DNA of 64,000 nt, from assembly GCA_041596615.1 (NCBI GenBank), contig JBFHIG010000002.1, positions 67,162 to 131,161 on the forward strand. Direction: 5' to 3'. The stretch is from Candidatus Moraniibacteriota bacterium (GTDB taxonomy: Bacteria > Patescibacteriota > Minisyncoccia > Moranbacterales > DUUL01). The notes beneath the pieces are model-generated. The model saw nothing but the letters and a program-made list of their open reading frames with translations, did not search any database and was not told the DNA's origin. Both the position numbers and the translations under genes were made by a program. Positions 29,605 to 38,206 of this stretch are shown here, one piece after another. Within the stretch, counting starts at the first letter, position 1. Each line of letters opens with the position of its first letter.

Positions 29605-30495
29605 ATGAACGGCCGCCTTGAAGGAGTTTTCTCCTGGGGTTTTAATTCTTCACTATACTGCATGAAACGAGGCGCAGAACTAACTGCTAAGTCGAACAGC
29701 TTATTTAAAAAAGCTATTTCTAAAAGAAAAAGGGGTATCAAAATACTATCAATCGGAACCACATTCCTTGTTTGTGGCTCTTTTTATTTGTATTCATACT
29801 ACAATAATAGCCCTAAAAACCTAGGATTTACTCTAAAATCAAGTGCCGTTGTTGAGAAACTAACTGGCAAAATTTTTCCTGTTGTTTATGCAAAGACTCA
29901 AACCAAAAAAACTACTGCTTCTATTTGCAACCCTACTTTTATAGAAAAAAATAGTAGAGAAGCTCAAATTGAAATTGCACCTTCTTTCTGCGAAAATGAA
30001 GTCTTTCTTACAGATGATGAATTGCTTTTGAAAGATATGCAAGAAGATAAAGTACAAAATAAACAGGAGGAAGAGCTCCGAAAAGAATTGTTGGAAATTC
30101 TAGAAGGAACGCCAATGGAAGAAATGATTGATCCAATTCTTGAGCAGGACAGAACTGTAGCGGCATTTCTTGTAGGAATTGCCTTCAAAGAAAGTAAATT
30201 TGGAGAATATTCCCCAAAGAAAAATGGCAAAGATTGTTACAATTATTGGGGTTTCAAGGGAAAAACAAATCCAACTAAAAGTGGTTATAGTTGTTTTTCC
30301 GGACCAGAAGAGGCTATTGAAATTGTTGGGAAAAGACTTAAAAAATTATCAATTGATGCCGGACGAACAAAACCTTCTCAACTGACTGTATGGAAATGTG
30401 GTTCATCTTGTGCAACTCATTCGTCCGCTAGTGTTCAAAAATGGATCGCTGATGTTTCTATTTTCTACAACAAAATAGAGTCTTTGAAAATTTAG
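29605..30495 (+). CDS. membrane-anchored Cys-rich lysozyme-like domain protein, paralog B
   Basis: TM helix (ILSIGTTFLVCGSFYLYSY). C-terminal domain GTPMEEMIDPI...AAFLVGIAFKESKFG...GKDCYNYWGFKG...YSCFSGPEEAIEIVGKRL...WKCGSSC...QKWIADV. The start could instead be ATG 29662. Confidence 0.45.
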   Translation: MNGRLEGVFSWGFNSSLYCMKRGAELTAKSNSLFKKAISKRKRGIKILSIGTTFLVCGSFYLYSYYNNSPKNLGFTLKSSAVVEKLTGKIFPVVYAKTQTKKTTASICNPTFIEKNSREAQIEIAPSFCENEVFLTDDELLLKDMQEDKVQNKQEEELRKELLEILEGTPMEEMIDPILEQDRTVAAFLVGIAFKESKFGEYSPKKNGKDCYNYWGFKGKTNPTKSGYSCFSGPEEAIEIVGKRLKKLSIDAGRTKPSQLTVWKCGSSCATHSSASVQKWIADVSIFYNKIESLKI

Positions 30496-30629
30496 GACAC
30501 TAAATTTTAGGTTTGACAATATTGACACTTCCGTTGAATCATCTACAATGACAATAAGTTATTCAGAGCATGTCTTGTCTGGTGTTTTAGTTGTTTTTTT
30601 GCTGCTAAAACACCAAAAATGAAAGAAAA

Positions 30630-31760
30630 ATGAAAATAAAAAAATCTTTATATTGCATCACCGATAAATACAATAAGCCGGACTTTAGATTTCTATTTGA
30701 TGACCCAAAGAGAGCTCATCGAAAGATTAGACAATTAAAAAGTTCTGTTGCCGGAGAAACAATCTTCTTGTCAAAGTTCAAGAGAGATTTTTTTATTGAT
30801 GGGGTTAATAAAAAATGTATTAGCGACACCAAAAGAATCGCAATCAAAAAGGGTTGCTGGACCGCATTAGAGGTTAAAAAGGTCAACTTGATTGACGAAA
30901 TTGCTCCAAAAAATCATTTTAAAAAAATTGATATTGCTCCAGAAAATCAACTTTCCTATTCCAAAAAATACGTCCGCGATATACCCCTTTTCAACACAAC
31001 CTTCAAAACTCCACTGGAATGTGACATAAACCCTCAAGAAACGCCTGTTTCATTTTGGGGATTTGACTGGCAAAGGTCTTTTTTGCACACTAAAACTTTT
31101 GCAACCGGACTAGCAATGCTCCTCCTGATGACAACTGTCACCGTTTTTTCAATAGATTACAAACAAAGCAACTCTACTACCGAACAGTTGGCAAATCTAC
31201 ACACTGAACATGCAGAAAAAACTGTTAGGGCACAAGCAAATGTAATAGAGTCAAAGGATGAGAAGATTGCCAAACAATTCGATCAAGAACTAGACAATTT
31301 TGTTCTTGATGCCTTGAAGCGCTTCGATAATGTAAAAATAGAGGAATTAGAAACTGAGATTATGGCGATCTTAAAAGGAACTCCAATGGAGGAAATGGCA
31401 CCAATAATAGCCAAGAAAGATCGCACAGTTGCAGCCTTTTTGGTGGGAATCGCAATGAAGGAAAGTGGCTTTGGTAAACATGTTCCCGTGCTAAATGGAA
31501 AAAACTGCTATAATTATTGGGGTTATCGTGGAATTAGAGCAAAAATGGGAACTGGTGGACATACTTGTTTTGACAGCCCACAAGATGCGGTTGACACTGT
31601 TGGCGGAAGGCTCGAGAGACTTGTGAAAACAGACGTAGACACCCCAGAAGAGATGGTTCTGTGGAAATGTGGCTCTGCTTGCAATGAAGACGCAAATGCG
31701 GGCAAATGGATTAATGACGTGAACATCAATTTCAGCAAATTGATGAATGGAGATGCATAG
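30630..31760 (+). CDS. membrane-anchored Cys-rich lysozyme-like domain protein, paralog C (long cytoplasmic N-terminal region)
   Basis: About 160-aa N-terminal region, then a TM helix (FATGLAMLLLMTTVTVFSI). Then GTPMEEMAPII...AAFLVGIAMKESGFG...GKNCYNYWGYRG...HTCFDSPQDAVDTVGGRL...WKCGSAC...GKWINDV. Confidence 0.45.
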   Translation: MKIKKSLYCITDKYNKPDFRFLFDDPKRAHRKIRQLKSSVAGETIFLSKFKRDFFIDGVNKKCISDTKRIAIKKGCWTALEVKKVNLIDEIAPKNHFKKIDIAPENQLSYSKKYVRDIPLFNTTFKTPLECDINPQETPVSFWGFDWQRSFLHTKTFATGLAMLLLMTTVTVFSIDYKQSNSTTEQLANLHTEHAEKTVRAQANVIESKDEKIAKQFDQELDNFVLDALKRFDNVKIEELETEIMAILKGTPMEEMAPIIAKKDRTVAAFLVGIAMKESGFGKHVPVLNGKNCYNYWGYRGIRAKMGTGGHTCFDSPQDAVDTVGGRLERLVKTDVDTPEEMVLWKCGSACNEDANAGKWINDVNINFSKLMNGDA

Positions 31761-31782
31761 TTTGAACTTTTGGATAAAATAA

Positions 31783-31810
31783 AGCTGAGATTTTAGTCTC
31801 GGCTTTTTTA
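31783..31810 (+). terminator. intrinsic terminator
   Basis: AGCTGAGA-ttttag-TCTCGGCT plus TTTTTTA. Confidence 0.6.
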
Positions 31811-31836
31811 TTCATAAGCTACTCTCAAAAACAACA

Positions 31837-31869
31837 CCCCTCACTTCTGGTTAGAAGTAAGGGGTTTTT
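31837..31869. terminator. bidirectional hairpin terminator
   Basis: CCCCTCACTTCT-ggtt-AGAAGTAAGGGG plus TTTTT. Confidence 0.6.
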
Positions 31870-31892
31870 CACAGGTCAGTGTGTGACGATTG

Positions 31893-32435
31893 TCATTTTG
31901 CCGTTGGCAAAAGATATCCAGCTAATCTGACAACTTCCTCTGTATCATAGAAGTTGTACCCATAATAACGAGATATTTCATCCACTTTTTCGATTTTCTT
32001 GTCATTGATTGCAACCGCAAGACTTACGTCTTTTTTTACCAGAGATAAAAAGATTTTTGCCTCGATGACAAGACTATTTCTCCAGATTGCTCTTTGGTGA
32101 AATTCTTGTTTATCCGTGGCTGAAAGTGCCACCAAACTCTCACTGAGGTCTGGATGGTATTGATCTCTCAACAACAACTTTAATCCCAAAGCTGTTTCTT
32201 TGTTGCTTTTATCAAATCTTTCTGAGAAAGCAACGTCCAGCATCTTTTTTACCTCTTCATATGGAGGGTGTATTTTTAAATATTTCTCGCCAGTCTTTTT
32301 AATCTCACCTAGTTTTTGACTCCCGGTGTCTTCAGAAGAAGACGGCTTTGAAATAAAAAAAATTGTTAACAAGATGAGAAATAAAGTTACAATACAGATA
32401 CTTTTGTGATTTTTGATGAAAAATCTGAAGTTCAT
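31893..32435 (-). CDS. membrane-anchored member of a tandem three-gene paralog family (P1)
   Basis: 180 aa. N-terminal anchor ICIVTLFLILLTIFFIS. It shares the core ALGLKLLLRDQYHPDLSESLVALSA with P2 and P3. Confidence 0.5.
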   Translation of the reverse strand: MNFRFFIKNHKSICIVTLFLILLTIFFISKPSSSEDTGSQKLGEIKKTGEKYLKIHPPYEEVKKMLDVAFSERFDKSNKETALGLKLLLRDQYHPDLSESLVALSATDKQEFHQRAIWRNSLVIEAKIFLSLVKKDVSLAVAINDKKIEKVDEISRYYGYNFYDTEEVVRLAGYLLPTAK

Positions 32436-32611
32436 TGTTTTTTCCTCTCAGTTTAAGTTGATCTAGCCAAATGATTTTTAAGTTCACTTTTAAAATCTCA
32501 ATGTACTCATTTAAGTAAGTATACATCTTTATTGTGTTTTTGTCAAGGTGTGACACCTCTTCAAAGCCACTGGGATTGTTGTTTTAATTTTTCCCTTCCT
32601 AAAAGCAAAAA

Positions 32612-32641
32612 TGTTCCCTCTCTAGAATCAGAGTGGGAACA
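32612..32641 (-). terminator. terminator hairpin of P2 (12-bp stem, loop AGAATC as read on the plus strand)
   Basis: TGTTCCCTCTCT-AGAATC-AGAGTGGGAACA. The T-run TTTTTGCTTTT follows on the minus strand. Confidence 0.65.
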
Positions 32642-32659
32642 TTTTGGAAATTTTTTTCA

Positions 32660-33238
32660 TTAAATTGAGAGATGTTCTTGATATTCTCTCAATACATCCA
32701 TTGTGTTTTCCGGATCACAGAGTATAAATCCGTTCTTCTGGAGAAATTCATCGAACATCTTTAAGTTATTTTCTTCAATAATTTGACTAAAATTTGGTTC
32801 GGACTTTGCAATTTGCAAGAATTCTTTCGCATCATCAATGTTACTTTGATACCAAGCCAACATTTCTGAAAATTCCTTTAGGTTACAAGCTGATACAGCT
32901 AACAAACTTTCTCCTAGCTCGTGTTCAACATGTTCAATTAAAATAAACTGCAAACCTAGCGACAGAGTGTCACAGTCGGCGATTTCCTGGAGAAATTTCA
33001 CATTGTAAGGCATAATAATAGCCTTTCTGGACTTTTCAAAATCTGGCCTCCTCTTGATAACTGCCATTCCTTTGACTTTCAATTCCTGATATTTTATCTT
33101 CAGATTAGAATCAGGAATAGAGTCAGCTGTTGTCACCAATTCTTGTGTTTGCCTGGTTTCTGGATTAGCACACCCAAATAGGTTACAAAGCAGCAAACTA
33201 ACAAACAATAGCTCCCACACACTCTTCACCATTTCCAC
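32660..33238 (-). CDS. lipoprotein, tandem paralog family member P2
   Basis: 192 aa. Lipobox LLLCNLFGC. Core LSLGLQFILIEHVEHELGESLLAVSA. Confidence 0.55.
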   Translation of the reverse strand: MEMVKSVWELLFVSLLLCNLFGCANPETRQTQELVTTADSIPDSNLKIKYQELKVKGMAVIKRRPDFEKSRKAIIMPYNVKFLQEIADCDTLSLGLQFILIEHVEHELGESLLAVSACNLKEFSEMLAWYQSNIDDAKEFLQIAKSEPNFSQIIEENNLKMFDEFLQKNGFILCDPENTMDVLREYQEHLSI

Positions 33239-33444
33239 ACCTTTCCTCGAAATTTTAAACTGCTGTATTTAACTCTCCTGACTATCCTTGGTATTCATAA
33301 TTTTAGCGAACTATTTTAGTCATACCTTTTTCCTCTACTTTTGTCAACAAAAAGAAGTCTTTTATTAGAAAAGAGTTATTTCTCGTTAATTTATTGAATT
33401 AAGTTTTGGAATAGAATTTAAGGAACTTTCCCTCAAACGTGAAA

Positions 33445-33474
33445 GTGCCCCATCCTAGAATCAGAATGGGGCAC
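33445..33474 (-). terminator. terminator-like hairpin of P3 (same architecture as P2, with compensatory stem changes)
   Basis: GTGCCCCATCCT-AGAATC-AGAATGGGGCAC. Confidence 0.55.
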
Positions 33475-33480
33475 TCGCTA

Positions 33481-34047
33481 TTATTCCTGCGCTTCCCAAA
33501 GGAGTTGCAAGATTGTTTCTGCTGAGCAGACTTGGATCTCTTCTTTTCCAAGAAAAGCTTCAAACGCTACGATGTCCTTTTTATGAACAATTTCATCAAT
33601 TTTTGGGTTGCACTTCATCACCCCCAAAAATTTCTCTGCGCATTCAAGATGATCCTGATACCATAGGAACATCCCCATAAATTCAGCTGATGACTGAGAG
33701 GCGACCGCCAAAATGCTTTCGCTAAAACTCCCGCCAACTTCCTCCATGGCAATGAATTGAAGTCCTATAGAGATTGGGACACAATCATTAAAGTCGGTAT
33801 TATACAGGATACTGATTTTTTCTGGCAAACCTTTAATTTCGGGATTTTCTTTAATATAAAGGAACCCCTCTGCCCTTAAATCTTCATATCTTTTTGCCCA
33901 CTTAAACTCAAAAGATTCTTTCTCTTGAATTGAGTCAAGGGCTGTGGGCACAGAAGTTTGAGGTGAATTTGCACATCCACCTAGAATCAATAAAAAACCA
34001 AACATCAAAACTATCCATAAAGCTGTCACCTTATTATTCATCTCCAA
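33481..34047 (-). CDS. lipoprotein, tandem paralog family member P3
   Basis: 188 aa. Lipobox FLLILGGC. Core ISIGLQFIAMEEVGGSFSESILAVAS. Confidence 0.55.
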   Translation of the reverse strand: MEMNNKVTALWIVLMFGFLLILGGCANSPQTSVPTALDSIQEKESFEFKWAKRYEDLRAEGFLYIKENPEIKGLPEKISILYNTDFNDCVPISIGLQFIAMEEVGGSFSESILAVASQSSAEFMGMFLWYQDHLECAEKFLGVMKCNPKIDEIVHKKDIVAFEAFLGKEEIQVCSAETILQLLWEAQE

Positions 34048-34241
34048 ACCTCTCTTTGAAATTTTTAACTGCTATTATACATCTAAAATTTTAGCGAACT
34101 GGGTTTATTATACATCCTTATTTGTATTTTGTCAAGCCAATCGTCTCCCCTATCGCCCACTTTGGGCTTTTATAAAAAACAAAGGCCTCGCAAATGCAAG
34201 GTCTTTGTTTTTCTGTTTCTATTTTTGTTTTTTATTTGTTT

Positions 34242-35303
34242 TTATTTTTGCTCCCTTTGCGTGATCACTTCCTTTGCTGCCTTGATCATATCTTCATTTT
34301 GCCTTTGTTCTTTGAGCATGTACCACCATTCAACTCCCCAAACATACGTTTCTTTGAACTTTGTTTTTCGAGCGAAATCTGCAATTTCCACCAGCTTTTC
34401 GGGACTCATGGATTTGTATTGTTCTTCAATCGGCATAGTCTTTATCCATCCCGGACCCCATGGCTCGCCTTGAAGCTCTGAAATCACGATGTCTTCTGAA
34501 TTTACGTATTTACTAATCAATTTAGCCTTTACCCTGAAAAAGTTTGGCCCAATTGGATAGTGGACATATCCATCATACCACTTAGCCTCTTTATAGATGA
34601 TTCGGTACATCGTTGTTCCAAAAACATCTGCTCGACTGGCAGCATCCCTCCAAAGACTAAGTTCGCCACTATCAGTTGTCATGATTTTCCTTGTTTTATC
34701 GAGCTCTCTTACTTGAGCTATTTCCCTCTCCACAATCTGAGCATCTAAAGCACCCTCAGTGCAATTACCAAAAGGCAAAAAAGGTTCATTTTCCACTTGC
34801 CACATTTCGATTATTTTTCGGTCCTTATATCTTTCCACTAAAGCTTTTTCAAATTTCAAAACAGCTTCTTCACGTGCCACTTTTTTTGAAAGTGGTTTAT
34901 CATTCTCACCTTCTTTATACATCTCTGGAATAAAACATTCTGGCCAACGAGGGACTTTAATGCCCAATGCAAGAACCAAACTTGTTCCATATTTTTCGGC
35001 CTCGTCTACTTGAAAGTCTAAATTTGAAAAATCATAAATTCCTGGCTCTTTCTCAATTTCTGACCAATATCCAGCAATTCTCATTTTTTTAGGCTTTAAA
35101 TCAGTCAAAATCTCCAGATATGTTTTTTTCCAATCCATTCCTAACGCCGTTGCTTGCACATCAGAAAAAGAAACTCCAAACTCCATCTTCTCATTCTTGC
35201 TTTGCACTGGCCAATTAAAAACAATGAGCGCTGCAATTACTAGGACAAAAACTAGATAGAACACTTTCGTTAAGACCTTTAAGATCAATCTTAGAATCAA
35301 CAT
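34242..35303 (-). CDS. membrane-anchored clan GH-A (TIM-barrel) glycoside hydrolase, GH5/GH42-like
   Basis: N-terminal anchor. Acid/base motif MWQVENEPF. Candidate nucleophile strand VISELQGEPWG. Confidence 0.55.
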   Translation of the reverse strand: MLILRLILKVLTKVFYLVFVLVIAALIVFNWPVQSKNEKMEFGVSFSDVQATALGMDWKKTYLEILTDLKPKKMRIAGYWSEIEKEPGIYDFSNLDFQVDEAEKYGTSLVLALGIKVPRWPECFIPEMYKEGENDKPLSKKVAREEAVLKFEKALVERYKDRKIIEMWQVENEPFLPFGNCTEGALDAQIVEREIAQVRELDKTRKIMTTDSGELSLWRDAASRADVFGTTMYRIIYKEAKWYDGYVHYPIGPNFFRVKAKLISKYVNSEDIVISELQGEPWGPGWIKTMPIEEQYKSMSPEKLVEIADFARKTKFKETYVWGVEWWYMLKEQRQNEDMIKAAKEVITQREQK

Positions 35304-35343
35304 TTTTGATTTTTAATTTTTATAATAAACTTTGCGATACTAG

Positions 35344-36276
35344 CTAAACAAAAACTCCAAAAATTCCCAGCATTACGAGCAAGACACCAATTGTTTTAAA
35401 AATAAGGTCCTTCTTGTCAAAATTTTCTCCAAATATCTTACCAAATCTTTCGCTCTTAGATAAAAGCAACGATAATAGAAAAACCCCAAGATATTGGACA
35501 GACGCTAACGCACTAACAATCGTTGGATCGCCAATAGAAAGTGCGAAGTTCATCATGAAGGTTGCAATTCCTGATAGTGTTTTCACCACCACGACAATCA
35601 TGAAATTAGAGGCATGCTCTTTTCCTTTTTTCTTTCTGAATGTTGCAATAATGTGGTTTCGATAAGACGGCAAACACATCAGAAAAACAACCATCAGTAC
35701 CGACCCCATTCTGGTATAGATATATCCGTTAACAAATACCTCTAAATTAGTACCACCTATTGCACCGAAGATATCAAAGGTGTATTTTAACATTCCTAGT
35801 GACACTCCGTACAAAAGTCCTGCGATAATTACTTTTTTATACTCTGTGAATAATTTTTTTTCTTTGATTTTAAAGGAAATAAAAAAACCTCCAATCAAAA
35901 GCAGTGCAACTGCAAAAAGCTTATCAATTCCTAAACTATCGCTCAAAAAAACTTTAGAAAAAACAAAGGTAGTAATGGTTGCCACCGCTCCAATCAAAAC
36001 AAAAACTCTGGTTGCGGTTGAGCCCTTAAGCGAAGAAAATAAAAATGCTAAATATCCGAAAAATATAGCCCCTGTCACCAATGAAACTCCTGCAACTTCC
36101 CATCCTGGCCAGTACAATCCAAATGGTGCAAACATTAGGCTAGTAAAGGAAAGTAGTCCTATATAAAAAAGGTATAATCTCCAACTACCCACCTTACCTG
36201 AAATCAAGAATTTGTTTGCTATTGATTCAATTGAAAGCAGGAAATAAGCCCCAATTGCTAGTAAAATCCAGTTCAT
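35344..36276 (-). CDS. EamA/DMT-superfamily transporter
   Basis: 310 aa with about 10 TM segments in two similar halves. Confidence 0.55.
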   Translation of the reverse strand: MNWILLAIGAYFLLSIESIANKFLISGKVGSWRLYLFYIGLLSFTSLMFAPFGLYWPGWEVAGVSLVTGAIFFGYLAFLFSSLKGSTATRVFVLIGAVATITTFVFSKVFLSDSLGIDKLFAVALLLIGGFFISFKIKEKKLFTEYKKVIIAGLLYGVSLGMLKYTFDIFGAIGGTNLEVFVNGYIYTRMGSVLMVVFLMCLPSYRNHIIATFRKKKGKEHASNFMIVVVVKTLSGIATFMMNFALSIGDPTIVSALASVQYLGVFLLSLLLSKSERFGKIFGENFDKKDLIFKTIGVLLVMLGIFGVFV

Positions 36277-36281
36277 TTTTT

Positions 36282-37493
36282 CTATTTTTTAATATTATTT
36301 TCCTCCATAATCGCCTCTTTCTTATATCTAGCAATCAATTTCTTATATTCAAAATATGATTTTCTTGGGATTCTTTCCATTGTATCCTTATTAATTGCAC
36401 ATAAACCAAACTTTGTTCTATATCCTTGGTTCCATTCAAAATTATCAAGCAATGACCAGTGAAAATAACCTTTTATCTCTGCACCATCTGTCATTGCTTT
36501 TTGCAAAAATTCCAAATGTTCTTTAATAAAATCCGCCCTATATTTATCCTTCTCGTCTGCTAGTCCGTTCTCAAAAATATAAATTGGCTTTTTGAACTTC
36601 TTATTAGCCAACAAGCAAATTTCATATATTCCTTTTGGGTAAATTCCCCATCTCATATCAGTCCAACGATTTTTTGTTGTTTTTCTGGTCACAAAGGGTG
36701 GTTTTATACCAAAAATAAAAGTTGCGTAATAATCAATTCCCCAAAAATCATGTTTATCAAGATCCTTTGACATAAATCCCCAATTATAGACATCTTCAAA
36801 TTTCTTAACCAAAAAATTAAATGGTTTCAAAAATTTATCTGTCTCAAAAGTGTTGCAAAATTGAGTAATCCCAACTTGAAGACTTGGTTTCATTTCCTTG
36901 ATAAGATCATAACATTCTCCGTGCGCTTTTATCATATTCCTACGAGCCTTGTTGAATGCAAACGGATTTTTTTTCCCAGGGGGAAATATTCCTACTAAAT
37001 AGCCTTTGTTCAAAGGAATCGTTGGCTCATTAAGTGTTAGAAATAAATCTATCTCATCACCCAACTCCTCCATCACCTTTTGGCAATAGCTTGTGAAATG
37101 CTTCGTAGCATTTTCCCCAGACCACCCCCCATCTTCCACAAACCACATCGGTGAAGTCCAATGCCAAAGAGTAACAACTCTTTTTAATCCTCTTTTTTTT
37201 ATATCTCGTAGAAGTTTTCGATAATGCTCTATTCCTATTTCAGAAAATTCACCTTTCTGAGGCTCAATTCGAAACCATTCTAGGGATATTCTAAAAGCAT
37301 CACAGCCAAGCTCTTGTACGATTTTATTATCTATAGGATAGCGATTCCAGCTATCGCAAGCCCAACCGGAAAGCTCTTTAGTCTTTCCTTGCTGTTCCCA
37401 ATCCCACCAATCATTTCCCTTGCTATTTCCCTCCACTTGGTGAGACGCATAGGAGACGCCCCAGAGGAAATCTTGCGGAAATTTCTTTTCCAT
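36282..37493 (-). CDS. GH1 beta-glucosidase/beta-galactosidase family enzyme
   Basis: FPQDFLWGVSYASHQVEGN, FLTLNEP (acid/base), IYIFENGLAD (nucleophile), WSLLDNFEW. Confidence 0.88.
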   Translation of the reverse strand: MEKKFPQDFLWGVSYASHQVEGNSKGNDWWDWEQQGKTKELSGWACDSWNRYPIDNKIVQELGCDAFRISLEWFRIEPQKGEFSEIGIEHYRKLLRDIKKRGLKRVVTLWHWTSPMWFVEDGGWSGENATKHFTSYCQKVMEELGDEIDLFLTLNEPTIPLNKGYLVGIFPPGKKNPFAFNKARRNMIKAHGECYDLIKEMKPSLQVGITQFCNTFETDKFLKPFNFLVKKFEDVYNWGFMSKDLDKHDFWGIDYYATFIFGIKPPFVTRKTTKNRWTDMRWGIYPKGIYEICLLANKKFKKPIYIFENGLADEKDKYRADFIKEHLEFLQKAMTDGAEIKGYFHWSLLDNFEWNQGYRTKFGLCAINKDTMERIPRKSYFEYKKLIARYKKEAIMEENNIKK

Positions 37494-37518
37494 CTTGTAT
37501 TTTAATTTATCAAAAAAA

Positions 37519-38043
37519 TTATTCTATTGCCTCTAATAACCGCAAAGCTCTTGCAAAAACATCTGCTATTCTTTTTGCCTCTTCTTTTGTAATTTCAAAC
37601 TCATCATCCTGAACAATCAAATTTTTGACTTTATTAGCTTCTATAACCTCAAAAATATTTTCAAGTTGGTATGGTTTTATATTTTCTAATTTTTCCCCCA
37701 GCAAGGTTCCTTCATAACCAATAATGCCCAGAACTTCGTTCAACATATTGGAAAGCTCCAAAATAGCAGCCTTCCATTTATCAGATTCATCACTTTCTAA
37801 ACGCTGAACAGATCTTTCCCATGCCACCTGCATACGTCCCTTTGCACTTGGGAGTTCAGAGCCAGAAACAAGAACCTTCCAATAATCCGCTTGTACCAAT
37901 TGATATAACATTAAAATCATGGTCACAACCATTAAAATCAAATAGAAAGCTAAGATAAATTTAAAACCACGAAAAACATAAGACTTTTCTAAAAAAGAAT
38001 TCATTTGCTCAAGATATACAATCAGATTTGGATCAAAATTCAT
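37519..38043 (-). CDS. hypothetical single-pass membrane protein
   Basis: Track ORF of 174 aa. TM helix FKFILAFYLILMVVTMILMLY. Helical C-terminal part. Confidence 0.45.
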   Translation of the reverse strand: MNFDPNLIVYLEQMNSFLEKSYVFRGFKFILAFYLILMVVTMILMLYQLVQADYWKVLVSGSELPSAKGRMQVAWERSVQRLESDESDKWKAAILELSNMLNEVLGIIGYEGTLLGEKLENIKPYQLENIFEVIEANKVKNLIVQDDEFEITKEEAKRIADVFARALRLLEAIE

Positions 38044-38206
38044 TTTTTGTGTTTGGAAAAATCTTTTTGTTATTTATATTTATATATTACACTAAAAAGC
38101 CACTATTTTCAATTTGACTTAAAAAGATTTCAAATGAAACAAGCACTTTAACACATTTATATGGTTCACGCCTTAATTTATACGAATATAGAAAATAACT
38201 CCTTTT

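Noticed and set aside
34129-34481. Track ORFs 34129-34473 and 34194-34481 (+), with poly-Phe/Leu translations.
   Set aside because: They start in a T-rich terminator and spacer region and run antisense into the 3' end of the GH-A hydrolase gene. They have no SD.
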